Shown piece after piece: positions 11,412-20,922 of a stretch of 64,000 nucleotides of DNA. This stretch comes from Nitrosopumilus sp. (GTDB lineage Archaea > Thermoproteota > Nitrososphaeria > Nitrososphaerales > Nitrosopumilaceae): NCBI GenBank assembly GCA_963667665.2, contig OY763927.2:1728001-1792000 (forward strand), written 5' to 3'. Each line of letters opens with the position of its first letter. Within the stretch, counting starts at the first letter, position 1. A model generated the notes under the pieces. The model did not search any database. It was not told the DNA's origin and saw nothing but the letters and a program-made list of their open reading frames with translations. The position numbers were made by a program, and so were the translations under genes.

Positions 11412-11869
11412 GTTCGCCTACATCTAGTCATGCATATGGTATAGGAGTAATTGCTCTAATCATTGGAATGTCAGTCTCAATAGTATTTTACACTTCATTT
11501 TATGTTCCTGAATCTTTGGCAAAACCATCTGTATCTGAACATATCTTAAATCCTGATGGCGATTTTATTATTGAAATTGTTCCAGGTTCGATAATTGAAG
11601 GAAATGAGAACTATGTTCCAAACCAATCAAAAGTGTTATTGGGAATAAGCAACAAAGTAATTTGGAAAAATTTGGATGATACTCCTCATACTGTAACTCC
11701 TGATCATAGAGCATCTGATAGTTATAGTGGTGACTTTGGTTCTATAGGTGTCATTAAATCTGGTGAATCCTTTGAATTCCTATTTACAGAAGCTCAAGAA
11801 ATTCCTTATCACTGTGAACCTCATCCATGGATGACTGGAAATATTTCTATAGAGTTGAGTAGATTCTAG
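11408..11869 (+). CDS. Membrane-anchored type-1 blue copper (plastocyanin-like) protein
   Basis: N-terminal TM; PHTVT and YHCEPHPWM copper ligands; overlaps petB stop. Confidence 0.92.
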   Translation: MSSPTSSHAYGIGVIALIIGMSVSIVFYTSFYVPESLAKPSVSEHILNPDGDFIIEIVPGSIIEGNENYVPNQSKVLLGISNKVIWKNLDDTPHTVTPDHRASDSYSGDFGSIGVIKSGESFEFLFTEAQEIPYHCEPHPWMTGNISIELSRF

Positions 11870-12216
11870 ATAGAATATTTTGCAAAAATTATTTGACTTT
11901 CAATTTCTTTATGTTGCTCAATAATTGATGCTCTAAATTTTATTTCATGTTCTTGTTTTGGTTCAAATTTAATTAGTGCAATAAATTCTGCCTTGTTTTC
12001 AGGCATTACATCTTTGTTGATAAATAACCTTGAAACATTTTGTGAAATATTTTTCCCATTATATGATTTGTAGACTATGTGTTCATTTGAATCTAAAATT
12101 TGAGTATTTATCACTACTCCATCATATCTTCCTGGATATGAAACAGAAATTGTTCCCTTGATTTCAGAATTTGGATGAATGTCAGTTGAATTTAGTTTGA
12201 ACTCTATATCTTTCAC
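11866..12216 (-). CDS. Hypothetical beta-rich protein
   Basis: 116-aa ORF, GTG start, convergent with blue copper gene. Confidence 0.7.
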   Translation of the reverse strand: MKDIEFKLNSTDIHPNSEIKGTISVSYPGRYDGVVINTQILDSNEHIVYKSYNGKNISQNVSRLFINKDVMPENKAEFIALIKFEPKQEHEIKFRASIIEQHKEIESQIIFAKYSI

Positions 12217-12257
12217 GAAAACATCATCTTCAATTCAGAATAAATAATTTTGTTAAG

Positions 12258-12332
12258 CGGGCCCAAAGGGCTTCGATCCCTTGACTTTTGGATTAGAAGT
12301 CCAACACGCTATCCATGCTGCGTCATAGGCCC
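12258..12332 (-). tRNA. tRNA-Arg(TCT)
   Basis: GGGCCTA/TGGGCCC acceptor stem, anticodon arm TTGGA-CT-TCT-AA-TCCAA, T arm AAGGG-ATCGAAG-CCCTT. Confidence 0.95.
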
Positions 12333-12365
12333 AAAAACCTAGCAATTAATTACCATTTTAAGGGT

Positions 12366-13229
12366 TTACAGCCACTTTTTTTTGTAATTTTCTCTTTCCA
12401 TCTTAAAGAGAAATTGTTGTGCATATCCTGCAAATGGCCCAAAATGCTTTACAATTTTTTCATGAAGAATATCATATTGTTTTTTAGTAATAGTTTTTGT
12501 TTTAAGTTGAAATTGTTCTGAATAATATTTTTCTAAAATTCTAATCATCCATCTATCTAATGGAAATGCTTCTAATTTATTTAATGAAAATAGCATTATG
12601 CAATCTGCAACTTTATTTCCAACACCTGGGATAGAGCAAATATTTTCTTTAGCCTCAAAATAATCGGATTTTTTTAAACTCTCAAAATCTATTTTTTTTA
12701 AAAAAATCATATTTGCAGCTTCTTTGATGAATTTAGCTCTGTATCCTACACCACAATTTCTAATTTCATTAATTGATGCTTTAGCAAGTTTTTTTGGATC
12801 AGGAAATAAAAAAAACTCTTGATTTTCAAACTCTACATTTGTTCCAAATTTTCTTGATATTTTTTCAAGACTAGTTTTGATTTTTTGAATATTAGAATTT
12901 GAAGATACAATAAATGAAATTAAACATTGAAAGGGATCTTGGTTTAGAATTCTCAAACCATGATATTTTTTTACAGCCTTTCTAGTTGTATTGTCTTTTG
13001 AAATTGATTTTAATATTTTATCCATGTTGTCTCTTTTTCTAAAAAAATCTGTTTTAGTATTTTGATATGATTTTATGCTTCCAGAATTATCAATTCTTAG
13101 AATATCTTGACCATTCAGTCCATACCAATATTCTCCATTTTTTCTCCAAAGAAATACCTGACCACTGTTGATTGAAATTTCTACATTTATTGAATCGTTG
13201 TCTTGCATTTTAGACAGTAATTGATTCAT
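12366..13229 (-). CDS. ogg1: 8-oxoguanine DNA glycosylase/AP lyase (OGG1-type HhH-GPD)
   Basis: SGQVFLW N-terminus, LISFIVSSNSNI, GVGYRA, IPGVGNKVADC, FPLD; start may be ATG 13208. Confidence 0.88.
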   Translation of the reverse strand: MNQLLSKMQDNDSINVEISINSGQVFLWRKNGEYWYGLNGQDILRIDNSGSIKSYQNTKTDFFRKRDNMDKILKSISKDNTTRKAVKKYHGLRILNQDPFQCLISFIVSSNSNIQKIKTSLEKISRKFGTNVEFENQEFFLFPDPKKLAKASINEIRNCGVGYRAKFIKEAANMIFLKKIDFESLKKSDYFEAKENICSIPGVGNKVADCIMLFSLNKLEAFPLDRWMIRILEKYYSEQFQLKTKTITKKQYDILHEKIVKHFGPFAGYAQQFLFKMERENYKKKWL

Positions 13230-14475
13230 TTACTGCAGGGGCATATGTTTCTAAACCAAATTTTTCATGAATTTCTTTGGCAAACATTTCACATGATTCA
13301 GAATCTCCATGCACTGTCCATACCTTTGGGTTTCCTTTTATTTTTTTAATCATATCAAATAATTCATTTCTATCTGCATGACCTGAAAACTCAAACTGTT
13401 TTACCTCTGCTGAAACATTGACATCTTTACCTCTTGTAGATACCTTACCTGTTTCAAGTAATTTTTTACCTGGTGTACCTTCACCTTGATATGAAACTAG
13501 AGCTATTCCGTTTTTGCTATCAAAAGATAATTGCTGCAAATAATATACCGCATTTCCTCCCACTAACATTCCAGCTGGAGAAATCACAACACAAGGTTCA
13601 CCCATAGCTCGTTTTCTTTCAGCATGTTCTCTTATTGCAGTTGCACTGTTGATTGCATCTGAAAAAACTTTAGGATCTCTTAGGTAATCTGGATGTCTAA
13701 ACATTATTTGGTTTACTTTTAGTGCCATTCCGTCCATGATAATTTTGTGTTTAAAATTTACACTTCTTAAAATACATGCAATCTCTTGAGAGCGTTCAAC
13801 TGAAAATGATGGAATAAACAATATTCCTTTTCTATCCATTACTTCATTTGCAAATTCAATTAACTCCTTTTCTGATTCTTTTCTAGCTTTTTGTTCTGTT
13901 TTAGCATATGTACTCTCAGTAATCAGTAAATCAATCTCTCCAATGTCTAAATCCATCTCTCGAAGCATTCTTGAACCATTTGTTTTGATATCTCCAGTAT
14001 AGAAGAGTCGTTTCTTCTCTGATTCTACCAAAACAGTACTACCACCAATCACATGTCCTGATTCTCTTAGCTCAAAAGTTGCATTTCCTTTAGTAATTTT
14101 TTGTTTAAATCCAATTTCCTTGGCATTTTTCATCATATTGTTTAATTCAGGCAGATCAAATGGATGTGAATTCTTTTCGATTTTTAACATATCTTCAATC
14201 AGCAGCTTTGATAAATCAAAGGTTGGAGGTGTGGCATAAACATCAGTATTCCCACTTACAAAAAGGGATGGGACATATCCTGAATGATCTAAATGAGCAT
14301 GAGTAATTATTATTGCATCAAGATCTTTTGGTTTTACATGAAGTGGATATCCTGGAGGTGTTCCTCTTCTTCCAAATAATACTCCATAATCAAGCAAGAG
14401 ATTTGTCCCATTACAATTAACTAAAAATCCAGATCTGCCAACTTCGTTTGCAGCTCCTAAAATTTTAACATCCAA
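13210..14475 (-). CDS. Beta-CASP metallo-beta-lactamase ribonuclease (aCPSF2-like)
   Basis: GAANEVGRS, THAHLDHSG, GHVIG, YTGD, ESTY, FSGHAD motifs. Confidence 0.9.
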   Translation of the reverse strand: MDVKILGAANEVGRSGFLVNCNGTNLLLDYGVLFGRRGTPPGYPLHVKPKDLDAIIITHAHLDHSGYVPSLFVSGNTDVYATPPTFDLSKLLIEDMLKIEKNSHPFDLPELNNMMKNAKEIGFKQKITKGNATFELRESGHVIGGSTVLVESEKKRLFYTGDIKTNGSRMLREMDLDIGEIDLLITESTYAKTEQKARKESEKELIEFANEVMDRKGILFIPSFSVERSQEIACILRSVNFKHKIIMDGMALKVNQIMFRHPDYLRDPKVFSDAINSATAIREHAERKRAMGEPCVVISPAGMLVGGNAVYYLQQLSFDSKNGIALVSYQGEGTPGKKLLETGKVSTRGKDVNVSAEVKQFEFSGHADRNELFDMIKKIKGNPKVWTVHGDSESCEMFAKEIHEKFGLETYAPAVNESITV

Positions 14476-14552
14476 GAATTATGATGAATTTTTATCAACG
14501 TTAAAACCTTGTTACAGTAAATTCGATCGTTATTTCTATCATGTAATTTTCT

Positions 14553-14578
14553 AAAGCTTTAATTAGTGTAAGCTAAGA
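14553..14578 (+). promoter_or_regulatory. BRE/TATA promoter, identical 26-bp copy 1
   Basis: AAAGCTTTAATTAGTGTAAGCTAAGA repeated exactly at 14888-14913. Confidence 0.75.
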
Positions 14579-14588
14579 TCCGAACCAC

Positions 14589-14801
14589 ATGAAAAGAACT
14601 TATGACGAATGGATTAAAACACAAGATCAAGCAGTCGTTGCCAAAGTACGTGCTGGTGACGAAGCAAACAAACCACTCTTAAACCAACTCAACTGGATTT
14701 GGGTTAACAATCTAATGAATAAGAAACCGGAACTTAATCCTTCTTCTGCAGAATTACTTGACTGGGTTACTTCTGGTCAAATAAATGCAATGAGAAAATA
14801 A
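14589..14801 (+). CDS. Small hypothetical protein, tandem paralog 1
   Basis: 70 aa, closely similar to 14924..15136; own TATA box. Confidence 0.85.
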   Translation: MKRTYDEWIKTQDQAVVAKVRAGDEANKPLLNQLNWIWVNNLMNKKPELNPSSAELLDWVTSGQINAMRK

Positions 14802-14887
14802 ACGTGAAATCGCGTTAACTTTTTGTATGAATCCAATTATCTTAGATTTGAAGAAATCCGATCATTATACTTATTATATAATCTTCA

Positions 14888-14913
14888 AAAGCTTTAATTA
14901 GTGTAAGCTAAGA
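14888..14913 (+). promoter_or_regulatory. BRE/TATA promoter, identical 26-bp copy 2
   Basis: Same sequence and same spacing to ATG as copy 1. Confidence 0.75.
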
Positions 14914-14923
14914 CTCGATCCTC

Positions 14924-15136
14924 ATGGGTCAATCTTATGACGAATGGATTAAGAAGCAAGATCAAGCACTAGTCTCTAAAGTACGTGCTGGTGATGAAGC
15001 AAACAAACCTCTCTTAAACCAACTCAACTGGATTTGGGTTAAAAATCTGTTAGATAAAAAACCAGAACTTAATCCTTCTTCTGCAGAATTACTTGACTGG
15101 GTTACTTCTGGTCAAATTGATGCAATGAGAAAATAA
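14924..15136 (+). CDS. Small hypothetical protein, tandem paralog 2
   Basis: 70 aa, offset 335 bp from copy 1; followed by T tract. Confidence 0.85.
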   Translation: MGQSYDEWIKKQDQALVSKVRAGDEANKPLLNQLNWIWVKNLLDKKPELNPSSAELLDWVTSGQIDAMRK

Positions 15137-15274
15137 GCGTGAAATCACGTTTTCTTTTTGTTTTTTTAAATTTCTAAATCTTAATTATCCGCATTTTTTT
15201 TGCGATCAATTTCATAACAGGGTTATGTATTTCAATCATGGTTTAAATAGTCATCACGTAATCTTAATTTTATA

Positions 15275-15577
15275 ATGCCAATAGCAATACTTCCAGACAT
15301 TGATGAACAAAGATGTATCGGATGTGCACTATGTGTAGAAATCTGTACAACTCTTGGTCCAGATGTCCTTAGAGTAAAACCAGTTGAAGGCTGGAAGAGA
15401 GGTAAAGCATTTGTCTTCTATCCAGAAAGATGTATTTCTGATGGAGCATGCATCGGTGTATGCCCAACAAAATCAATCTTTTGGATGAGACCAATGAATT
15501 ATACTGCTGGACAACCAGTTCCTCTTCACAAAAACGGTGTCTTCATCAAAGGTTGGGCAGAAGACGCAGCACCATAA
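15275..15577 (+). CDS. Dicluster 4Fe-4S ferredoxin
   Basis: CIGCALCVEIC and CISDGACIGVCP motifs; TATA TTTAAATA at 15242. Confidence 0.93.
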   Translation: MPIAILPDIDEQRCIGCALCVEICTTLGPDVLRVKPVEGWKRGKAFVFYPERCISDGACIGVCPTKSIFWMRPMNYTAGQPVPLHKNGVFIKGWAEDAAP

Positions 15578-15615
15578 GCTGAATCTTTTAGCACATTCTT
15601 TTTTCTTATTTTTAA

Positions 15616-17139
15616 TTAAACTAAAGATTTTTTCTTGATTTCTTTTGATAGAGTTCTAACAAAATATTTCAAAAATTTATCATTTTTGTCATAATGAATT
15701 TCTGAAAACTTGTTGTTATCAAAGAAATACTTCCATGTCTTTTCAAACGTAGGAAATTCTTTTGGATCAAAATCTATCCTAGAAGTTTCATGGTGTGCAG
15801 CTGGAAAGATATCTGAAATCTCAATTGGAATTAATCCTAACTGTGGATTATATTGACATACCTGCATTGAATCAAAATTTTTGAATTTTTTTTCTAGTTC
15901 AATATACTGATGAGATAGATATCCTGGCTTTGAATTTGATTCACTGGTAATGATTAGTTTCTTTTTCTTTGATTTGAATTTTCTAACCATATTGTGATAT
16001 GCTTGAACCTCTGGACGAAATTGGTCTTCTTTATCATATAGGAAAATAGCTTTTTCTTTGAATTTTGGCGTAGTTACATCAAAAAATTCATAATTATTTG
16101 TCATGACTTCAATCATTTCAAATAACTTGGGATGGGCTCGTGCCTTTTTCATTACATATTCCCATAATCTTCCTTCATGGATTGCTTGCTTTACCTTATC
16201 AACTTCAAGTTTTATCGCATAGAGGTTATGAATTGCTAGTTGATTGATTTTTTCCGTTTCTTCTAGCTGGCGTAATTCATCTGGAGTATATTTTAAGCAG
16301 ACTTCACAATTACATGGAAATACAACAATATCTGACAAATATCGTGTACCATCATCTGTGATGTATCTTTGATGTTTGGCATAAAGCATGTAGGATGCTG
16401 AATCAAATGTATCACATCCCAAAGCTACAGCAAATGGTATTGTTAGAGGATGTCCTGCTCCAAAAAGATGTAAAGGAATAGAGTGTGGCATTTGTTTTTT
16501 TGCAGCTACAATCATTTGTGCTAATAATCTATATTCATATGACTCCATAAATTCAACTGGACTCCCTAAAGCCAACATCTGAAATCCAATATCTACCAAT
16601 TTTTTTGTTGACTTTGCAACAAGTTCAAAATGTTCTCCTCCTTGAATTGGACCAATCCAAATTTGGCCATTGTCTTCTCTATCATCAAATGTCTGCTTTG
16701 AAACTTTGAGAGTATGTCTTACATATGCTTCTGCTTTTTTTAATGGTAATCCAAATCCTGTTGGTTTGTCAAGTGGAATTGCAAAATCAGTTAAAATTCC
16801 TTTTTCAAAATTTGCCATATCAGGTGGTGAAACTTTAACATCACCGTATTCTAGAACTTGATAACCTCCCGAATCTGTCATGACTGCACCATCAAAATCT
16901 ATAATTTTATGAATTCCTTTTTTTACAGCTTCATCACCATAATTGTTTTTAGTAATGTATGCATTTGTAATTACTAAATCAAAACCAATCGATTGAATTT
17001 TTTTTGATGGGATTGTTTGCTTTACTGGATGAATTACAGGAATGTATGCTGGTGTCTCAATCTTTCCGTGATTGGTATAAAGAGTACCTATCCTTCCTGC
17101 TAAATCCGTTTTTGAAATTTCAAACAAGTAATTACACAA
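15616..17139 (-). CDS. tgtA: Archaeosine tRNA-guanine(15) transglycosylase
   Basis: IETPAYIPV, MTDSGGYQ, HLFGAGHP, GCDTFDS, CNCEVC...HN zinc site. Confidence 0.93.
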   Translation of the reverse strand: MCNYLFEISKTDLAGRIGTLYTNHGKIETPAYIPVIHPVKQTIPSKKIQSIGFDLVITNAYITKNNYGDEAVKKGIHKIIDFDGAVMTDSGGYQVLEYGDVKVSPPDMANFEKGILTDFAIPLDKPTGFGLPLKKAEAYVRHTLKVSKQTFDDREDNGQIWIGPIQGGEHFELVAKSTKKLVDIGFQMLALGSPVEFMESYEYRLLAQMIVAAKKQMPHSIPLHLFGAGHPLTIPFAVALGCDTFDSASYMLYAKHQRYITDDGTRYLSDIVVFPCNCEVCLKYTPDELRQLEETEKINQLAIHNLYAIKLEVDKVKQAIHEGRLWEYVMKKARAHPKLFEMIEVMTNNYEFFDVTTPKFKEKAIFLYDKEDQFRPEVQAYHNMVRKFKSKKKKLIITSESNSKPGYLSHQYIELEKKFKNFDSMQVCQYNPQLGLIPIEISDIFPAAHHETSRIDFDPKEFPTFEKTWKYFFDNNKFSEIHYDKNDKFLKYFVRTLSKEIKKKSLV

Positions 17140-17158
17140 ACTTTAAGGCGTTATTTAA

Positions 17159-17716
17159 TCAATCAACAAAAAATTTTTCCAAATCATTATTTTTTGTAAC
17201 TAAATCAAGCCAATCTACTTCCTCATTACCTATATTGCTAGAAATTAGAGTCATCGCTTTTTTTACCACTTCTTGAATACTTTTACCACTAGTGTTAATT
17301 TGGAATGTTTTTTCTTGGAATTTACTTATTGCATCATGTGCAATAATGCCTAATACTTCACTACCCAAGTTTTCCTTGCTTTTCTCATCTGTGTATTTTC
17401 TTTCTTTATACACTGAGATTAAATCATAAGGACTTCTTCTCAAAACAATCATTATCTTTACTATGTTTTTATCTAAAACATATGGTGCTAAATGACCCAC
17501 AATCACATTTTTCTCTGAAATTTTTTGCTCAAGGATTTTTTCTAGTTTATCAGTATTTACATCGTTTGTATCTTTATTTTTTTCAAATAATCCTGCATCT
17601 TTTGCTATACTGTTGATATCAATTATAGATAGTTCAAGCTTTTCAGCAATTTCTTGTGTAATAGTGTGTTTTCCAACTCCTGGGTTCCCAGTAATTACAA
17701 TTGACATGTTATACAA
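17159..17716 (-). CDS. Adenylate kinase AK6/Fap7 family
   Basis: ITGNPGVGK P-loop, VGH motif, VDWL C-terminus; likely start ATG 17707. Confidence 0.85.
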   Translation of the reverse strand: MYNMSIVITGNPGVGKHTITQEIAEKLELSIIDINSIAKDAGLFEKNKDTNDVNTDKLEKILEQKISEKNVIVGHLAPYVLDKNIVKIMIVLRRSPYDLISVYKERKYTDEKSKENLGSEVLGIIAHDAISKFQEKTFQINTSGKSIQEVVKKAMTLISSNIGNEEVDWLDLVTKNNDLEKFFVD

Positions 17717-17771
17717 ACACGATAAACTGCATTAAACGATTTCTGTAATACTAATAAGTAGAATTGAATTT

Positions 17772-18968
17772 TTGACTATATTGCAAATTGGTTTACTAGG
17801 TAAAGCAAATGTTGGAAAATCAACATTTTTCTCAGCTGCTACTGAAACCCCTGTCGCATCAGGTAATTTTCCTTTTACAACAATTGAACCAAATGTAGGT
17901 GTGGCTTATGTTAAAGCAGATTGTGCTTGCAAACATTTTGGAATTCAACATGAAAATGAATTATGTGTTAATGGCACTCGGTTTATTCCAGTTAAACTCA
18001 TTGACATTGCAGGATTGGTTCCTGGTGCACATGAAGGAAAGGGATTAGGAAATCAATTTCTTGATGATGCAAGACAAGCTGAAGTTTTGATTCATGTCGT
18101 TGACATTGCTGGTAGTACTGATATTCAAGGACAACCAGTCCCAGTTGGGACACATGATCCTTTAGAAGATGTTGTATTTGTTCAGGATGAATTTGATCAA
18201 TGGTTTGCAGATATTCTAAAAAGAGAATGGGATAAGATTACCCGTGAAATAGATCAGAAAAGAGCAAAACTTACTGATGGCATTGCAAAACGATTCTCTG
18301 GATTAGGCATTAAAGAATATCAAGTACATGTAGTGTTACAAAAACTAGGACTTGTTTCAAGAAATCCAAAAGAGTGGAAAGATTCTGATATCGAAACTTT
18401 TGTTAAAGAATTAAGGAAAAATACTAAACCAATGATCATTGCTGCAAATAAAGCAGATCTATGTCATGATCTTGATATTCTTAAAAAAATTTCAGATTCT
18501 GTAATTCCTTGTAGTGCAGAAACTGAGTTACTTTTACGAAAAGCAGCAAAAGCAGGAATTGTAGATTATTCTTCTGGAGATGAAGGTTTTAAAATAATTG
18601 AAGGAAAAGAAATTCTTCCTCCACAACAAAAAGCGCTAGATTTAGTAAAGTCTGTATTTTCTAAAATTACATCTACTGGAATTCAAAAAATTCTAAATAC
18701 TGCTGTTTTTGATTCTCTAAACTTTATTGTTGTATACCCTGTAGAAGACGAAACTAAACTAACCAACAAAGATGGCATTATTTTACCTGATACAAAATTG
18801 CTTCCACAAGATTCTACTGCAAAAGACTTGGCAGAATTAATTCACGCAGATATTGCTAAGGGATTCTTATATGCGATTGACTGTAAAACCAAACAAAGAA
18901 TCAGTGGTGATCAAAAACTAAAAAATGGCGATGTGATTAAAATTGTATTCACGTTAAGTAGGGGATAG
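17772..18968 (+). CDS. ychF: YchF/Obg-family translation-associated GTPase with TGS domain
   Basis: GKANVGKST, FPFTTIEPN, DIAGLVPGA, ANKAD. Confidence 0.92.
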   Translation: MTILQIGLLGKANVGKSTFFSAATETPVASGNFPFTTIEPNVGVAYVKADCACKHFGIQHENELCVNGTRFIPVKLIDIAGLVPGAHEGKGLGNQFLDDARQAEVLIHVVDIAGSTDIQGQPVPVGTHDPLEDVVFVQDEFDQWFADILKREWDKITREIDQKRAKLTDGIAKRFSGLGIKEYQVHVVLQKLGLVSRNPKEWKDSDIETFVKELRKNTKPMIIAANKADLCHDLDILKKISDSVIPCSAETELLLRKAAKAGIVDYSSGDEGFKIIEGKEILPPQQKALDLVKSVFSKITSTGIQKILNTAVFDSLNFIVVYPVEDETKLTNKDGIILPDTKLLPQDSTAKDLAELIHADIAKGFLYAIDCKTKQRISGDQKLKNGDVIKIVFTLSRG

Positions 18969-18969
18969 A

Positions 18970-19953
18970 ATGCTAGGTTTAGGAATTGAAAGCACAGCAC
19001 ACACATTTTCTTGTGCAATAATTGAAAAAAAGGGAAAGCAAGGAAAAATTCTTTCTGATGTACGAAAAATTTATCAACCTGCAGATGGAGAAGGAATTCA
19101 TCCAAGAGAAGCGTCTCGTCATCATATTGAGAATAGTTCTTCAGTATTGTTTGAATGCCTTAAAGAGGCAAATATGACAATCCAAGATCTTGATCTTATT
19201 TCTTATGCTGCAGGCCCGGGATTAGGTCCATGTTTACGAGTTGGTGCAGTTGTTGCAAGATCTTTAGCCTCATTTTATAAAATTCCAATTTATCCTGTCA
19301 ATCACGCAATTGGTCACATTGAATTAGGAAAACTTCTTACAGGTGCAACTAATCCTTTGGTACTTTTAGTATCTGGAGGACATACTATGCTTTTGGCATT
19401 TCTCAATAAACAGTGGAGAGTTTTTGGTGAAACTTTGGATATTACATTGGGTCAATTACTTGATCAATTTGGGAGATCTATTGGATTTGCTTCACCATGT
19501 GGAAAAAATATAGAAGAATTAGCATCATCATCATCTAACTATGTTACATTACCATATTCAGTAAAAGGAAATGATGTTTCTTTCTCGGGTTTATTATCTG
19601 CTACAAAATCTATTGCAAAGAAAAATAAAATTGATGCATGTTATTCACTTCAAGAAACTGCTTTTGCAATGATTAGTGAGGTTGTAGAACGTGCTTTGTC
19701 ATTCACAGGTAAAAAAGAATTTTTGATAGTAGGTGGTGTTGCAGCTAACAAAAGATTATCTGAAATGCTTCATGATGTATGTAAACGACATGGATCAAAG
19801 TTTTTTGCAATTCCGATACAATATGCTGGAGATTGTGGAAGTCAAATATGTTGGACTGGACTTTTAGAATCCCAAGTCAAGCAAGGTGCTTTACTAAAAG
19901 ATACTATGGTCACACAATCTTGGAGATTAGATTCAGTTAAAATAGATTATTGA
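18970..19953 (+). CDS. kae1: KEOPS t6A threonylcarbamoyltransferase Kae1
   Basis: GIESTAHT, GPGLGPCL, NHAIGHIE, LVSGGHT, GGVAAN. Confidence 0.95.
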   Translation: MLGLGIESTAHTFSCAIIEKKGKQGKILSDVRKIYQPADGEGIHPREASRHHIENSSSVLFECLKEANMTIQDLDLISYAAGPGLGPCLRVGAVVARSLASFYKIPIYPVNHAIGHIELGKLLTGATNPLVLLVSGGHTMLLAFLNKQWRVFGETLDITLGQLLDQFGRSIGFASPCGKNIEELASSSSNYVTLPYSVKGNDVSFSGLLSATKSIAKKNKIDACYSLQETAFAMISEVVERALSFTGKKEFLIVGGVAANKRLSEMLHDVCKRHGSKFFAIPIQYAGDCGSQICWTGLLESQVKQGALLKDTMVTQSWRLDSVKIDY

Positions 19954-20264
19954 TTTTTAATTGCCTCATCGATACTTTTGAGCCAACCTTTTGTGCTAAA
20001 AACACCAAACTTGTAAGTTTGTTCATCGTTTTCTATCTTTGCAGTAAAACATACTTTCTTAATTAGTAATCCTTCTTTCCATGTTTTAGTCACATTATCT
20101 AATGAAATATCCAGTATAGTATCACCCATGTGTTTAGAAAAATCCATCAATCTTGATCTTGTTTTATCAAATGCCAATCTCTTGTTAGTTAATGTCAGAA
20201 TTCCTGAACCTAAATTATCTTCACTGCAATCTTCTTGTTTTATTTTTTTTTCTCCCTCTTCCAT
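19947..20264 (-). CDS. Hypothetical protein, GRAM/PH-like
   Basis: GILTLTNKRLAF strand pattern and C-terminal W-containing helix. Confidence 0.55.
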   Translation of the reverse strand: MEEGEKKIKQEDCSEDNLGSGILTLTNKRLAFDKTRSRLMDFSKHMGDTILDISLDNVTKTWKEGLLIKKVCFTAKIENDEQTYKFGVFSTKGWLKSIDEAIKNQ

Positions 20265-20286
20265 GATTAATTTTTATTGAATCCCT

Positions 20287-20922
20287 TTGGATATAATGTT
20301 AATGAAATTAAGAAAAAAAGGAGCAGAAGCTGACATTTATCAATCTAAATGGCAAAATTCTAAAGCAATTCTTAAAATTAGAAAAATAAAAAATTATCGT
20401 AACACTTCACTTGATTTAAAAATACGTAAACAAAGAACAATAAAAGAATCTCAAATATTATCTCAAGTAAAGTCATTTGGAATTCCAACGCCTCTTGTTT
20501 ACTTTGTAAACTTGGAAAAAGCCTTGATTGTAATGCAAGAAATTCCTGGAAAACCAATTCATGATTTACCTGAATTAAAAATTGTTGAATTATCCAAAGA
20601 AATTGGAAAGTTAGTTGGAATGCTTCACAAGAATGGAGTTATGCATGGGGATTTGACAACATCCAACTTCATTTTATTCAAAAATACTGTGTTTGTCATT
20701 GATTTTGGATTGTCTCAAAATACAATAAAACCTGAAGATCATGCAGTTGATCTAAGATTAATCAAAGAAATTCTTAACAGTGCTCATGCAAAAATCATGG
20801 ATGCATCTTGGAAAAATTTCCTAAGTGGTTACAAATCTGTAGTTGGAAATGCAAATTATGTTAAAATCACAAAACTAGTTTCAGAAATAGAAAGTCGTGG
20901 TAGATATGCAACAGTCGTTTGA
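20287..20922 (+). CDS. bud32: KEOPS kinase/ATPase Bud32
   Basis: GAEADIY, HGDLTTSN, IDFGL, AVDL, RGRY. Confidence 0.95.
   Translation: MDIMLMKLRKKGAEADIYQSKWQNSKAILKIRKIKNYRNTSLDLKIRKQRTIKESQILSQVKSFGIPTPLVYFVNLEKALIVMQEIPGKPIHDLPELKIVELSKEIGKLVGMLHKNGVMHGDLTTSNFILFKNTVFVIDFGLSQNTIKPEDHAVDLRLIKEILNSAHAKIMDASWKNFLSGYKSVVGNANYVKITKLVSEIESRGRYATVV

Noticed and set aside
12315-12521. 68-aa + strand ORF
   Set aside because: Overlaps tRNA-Arg and ogg1 antisense
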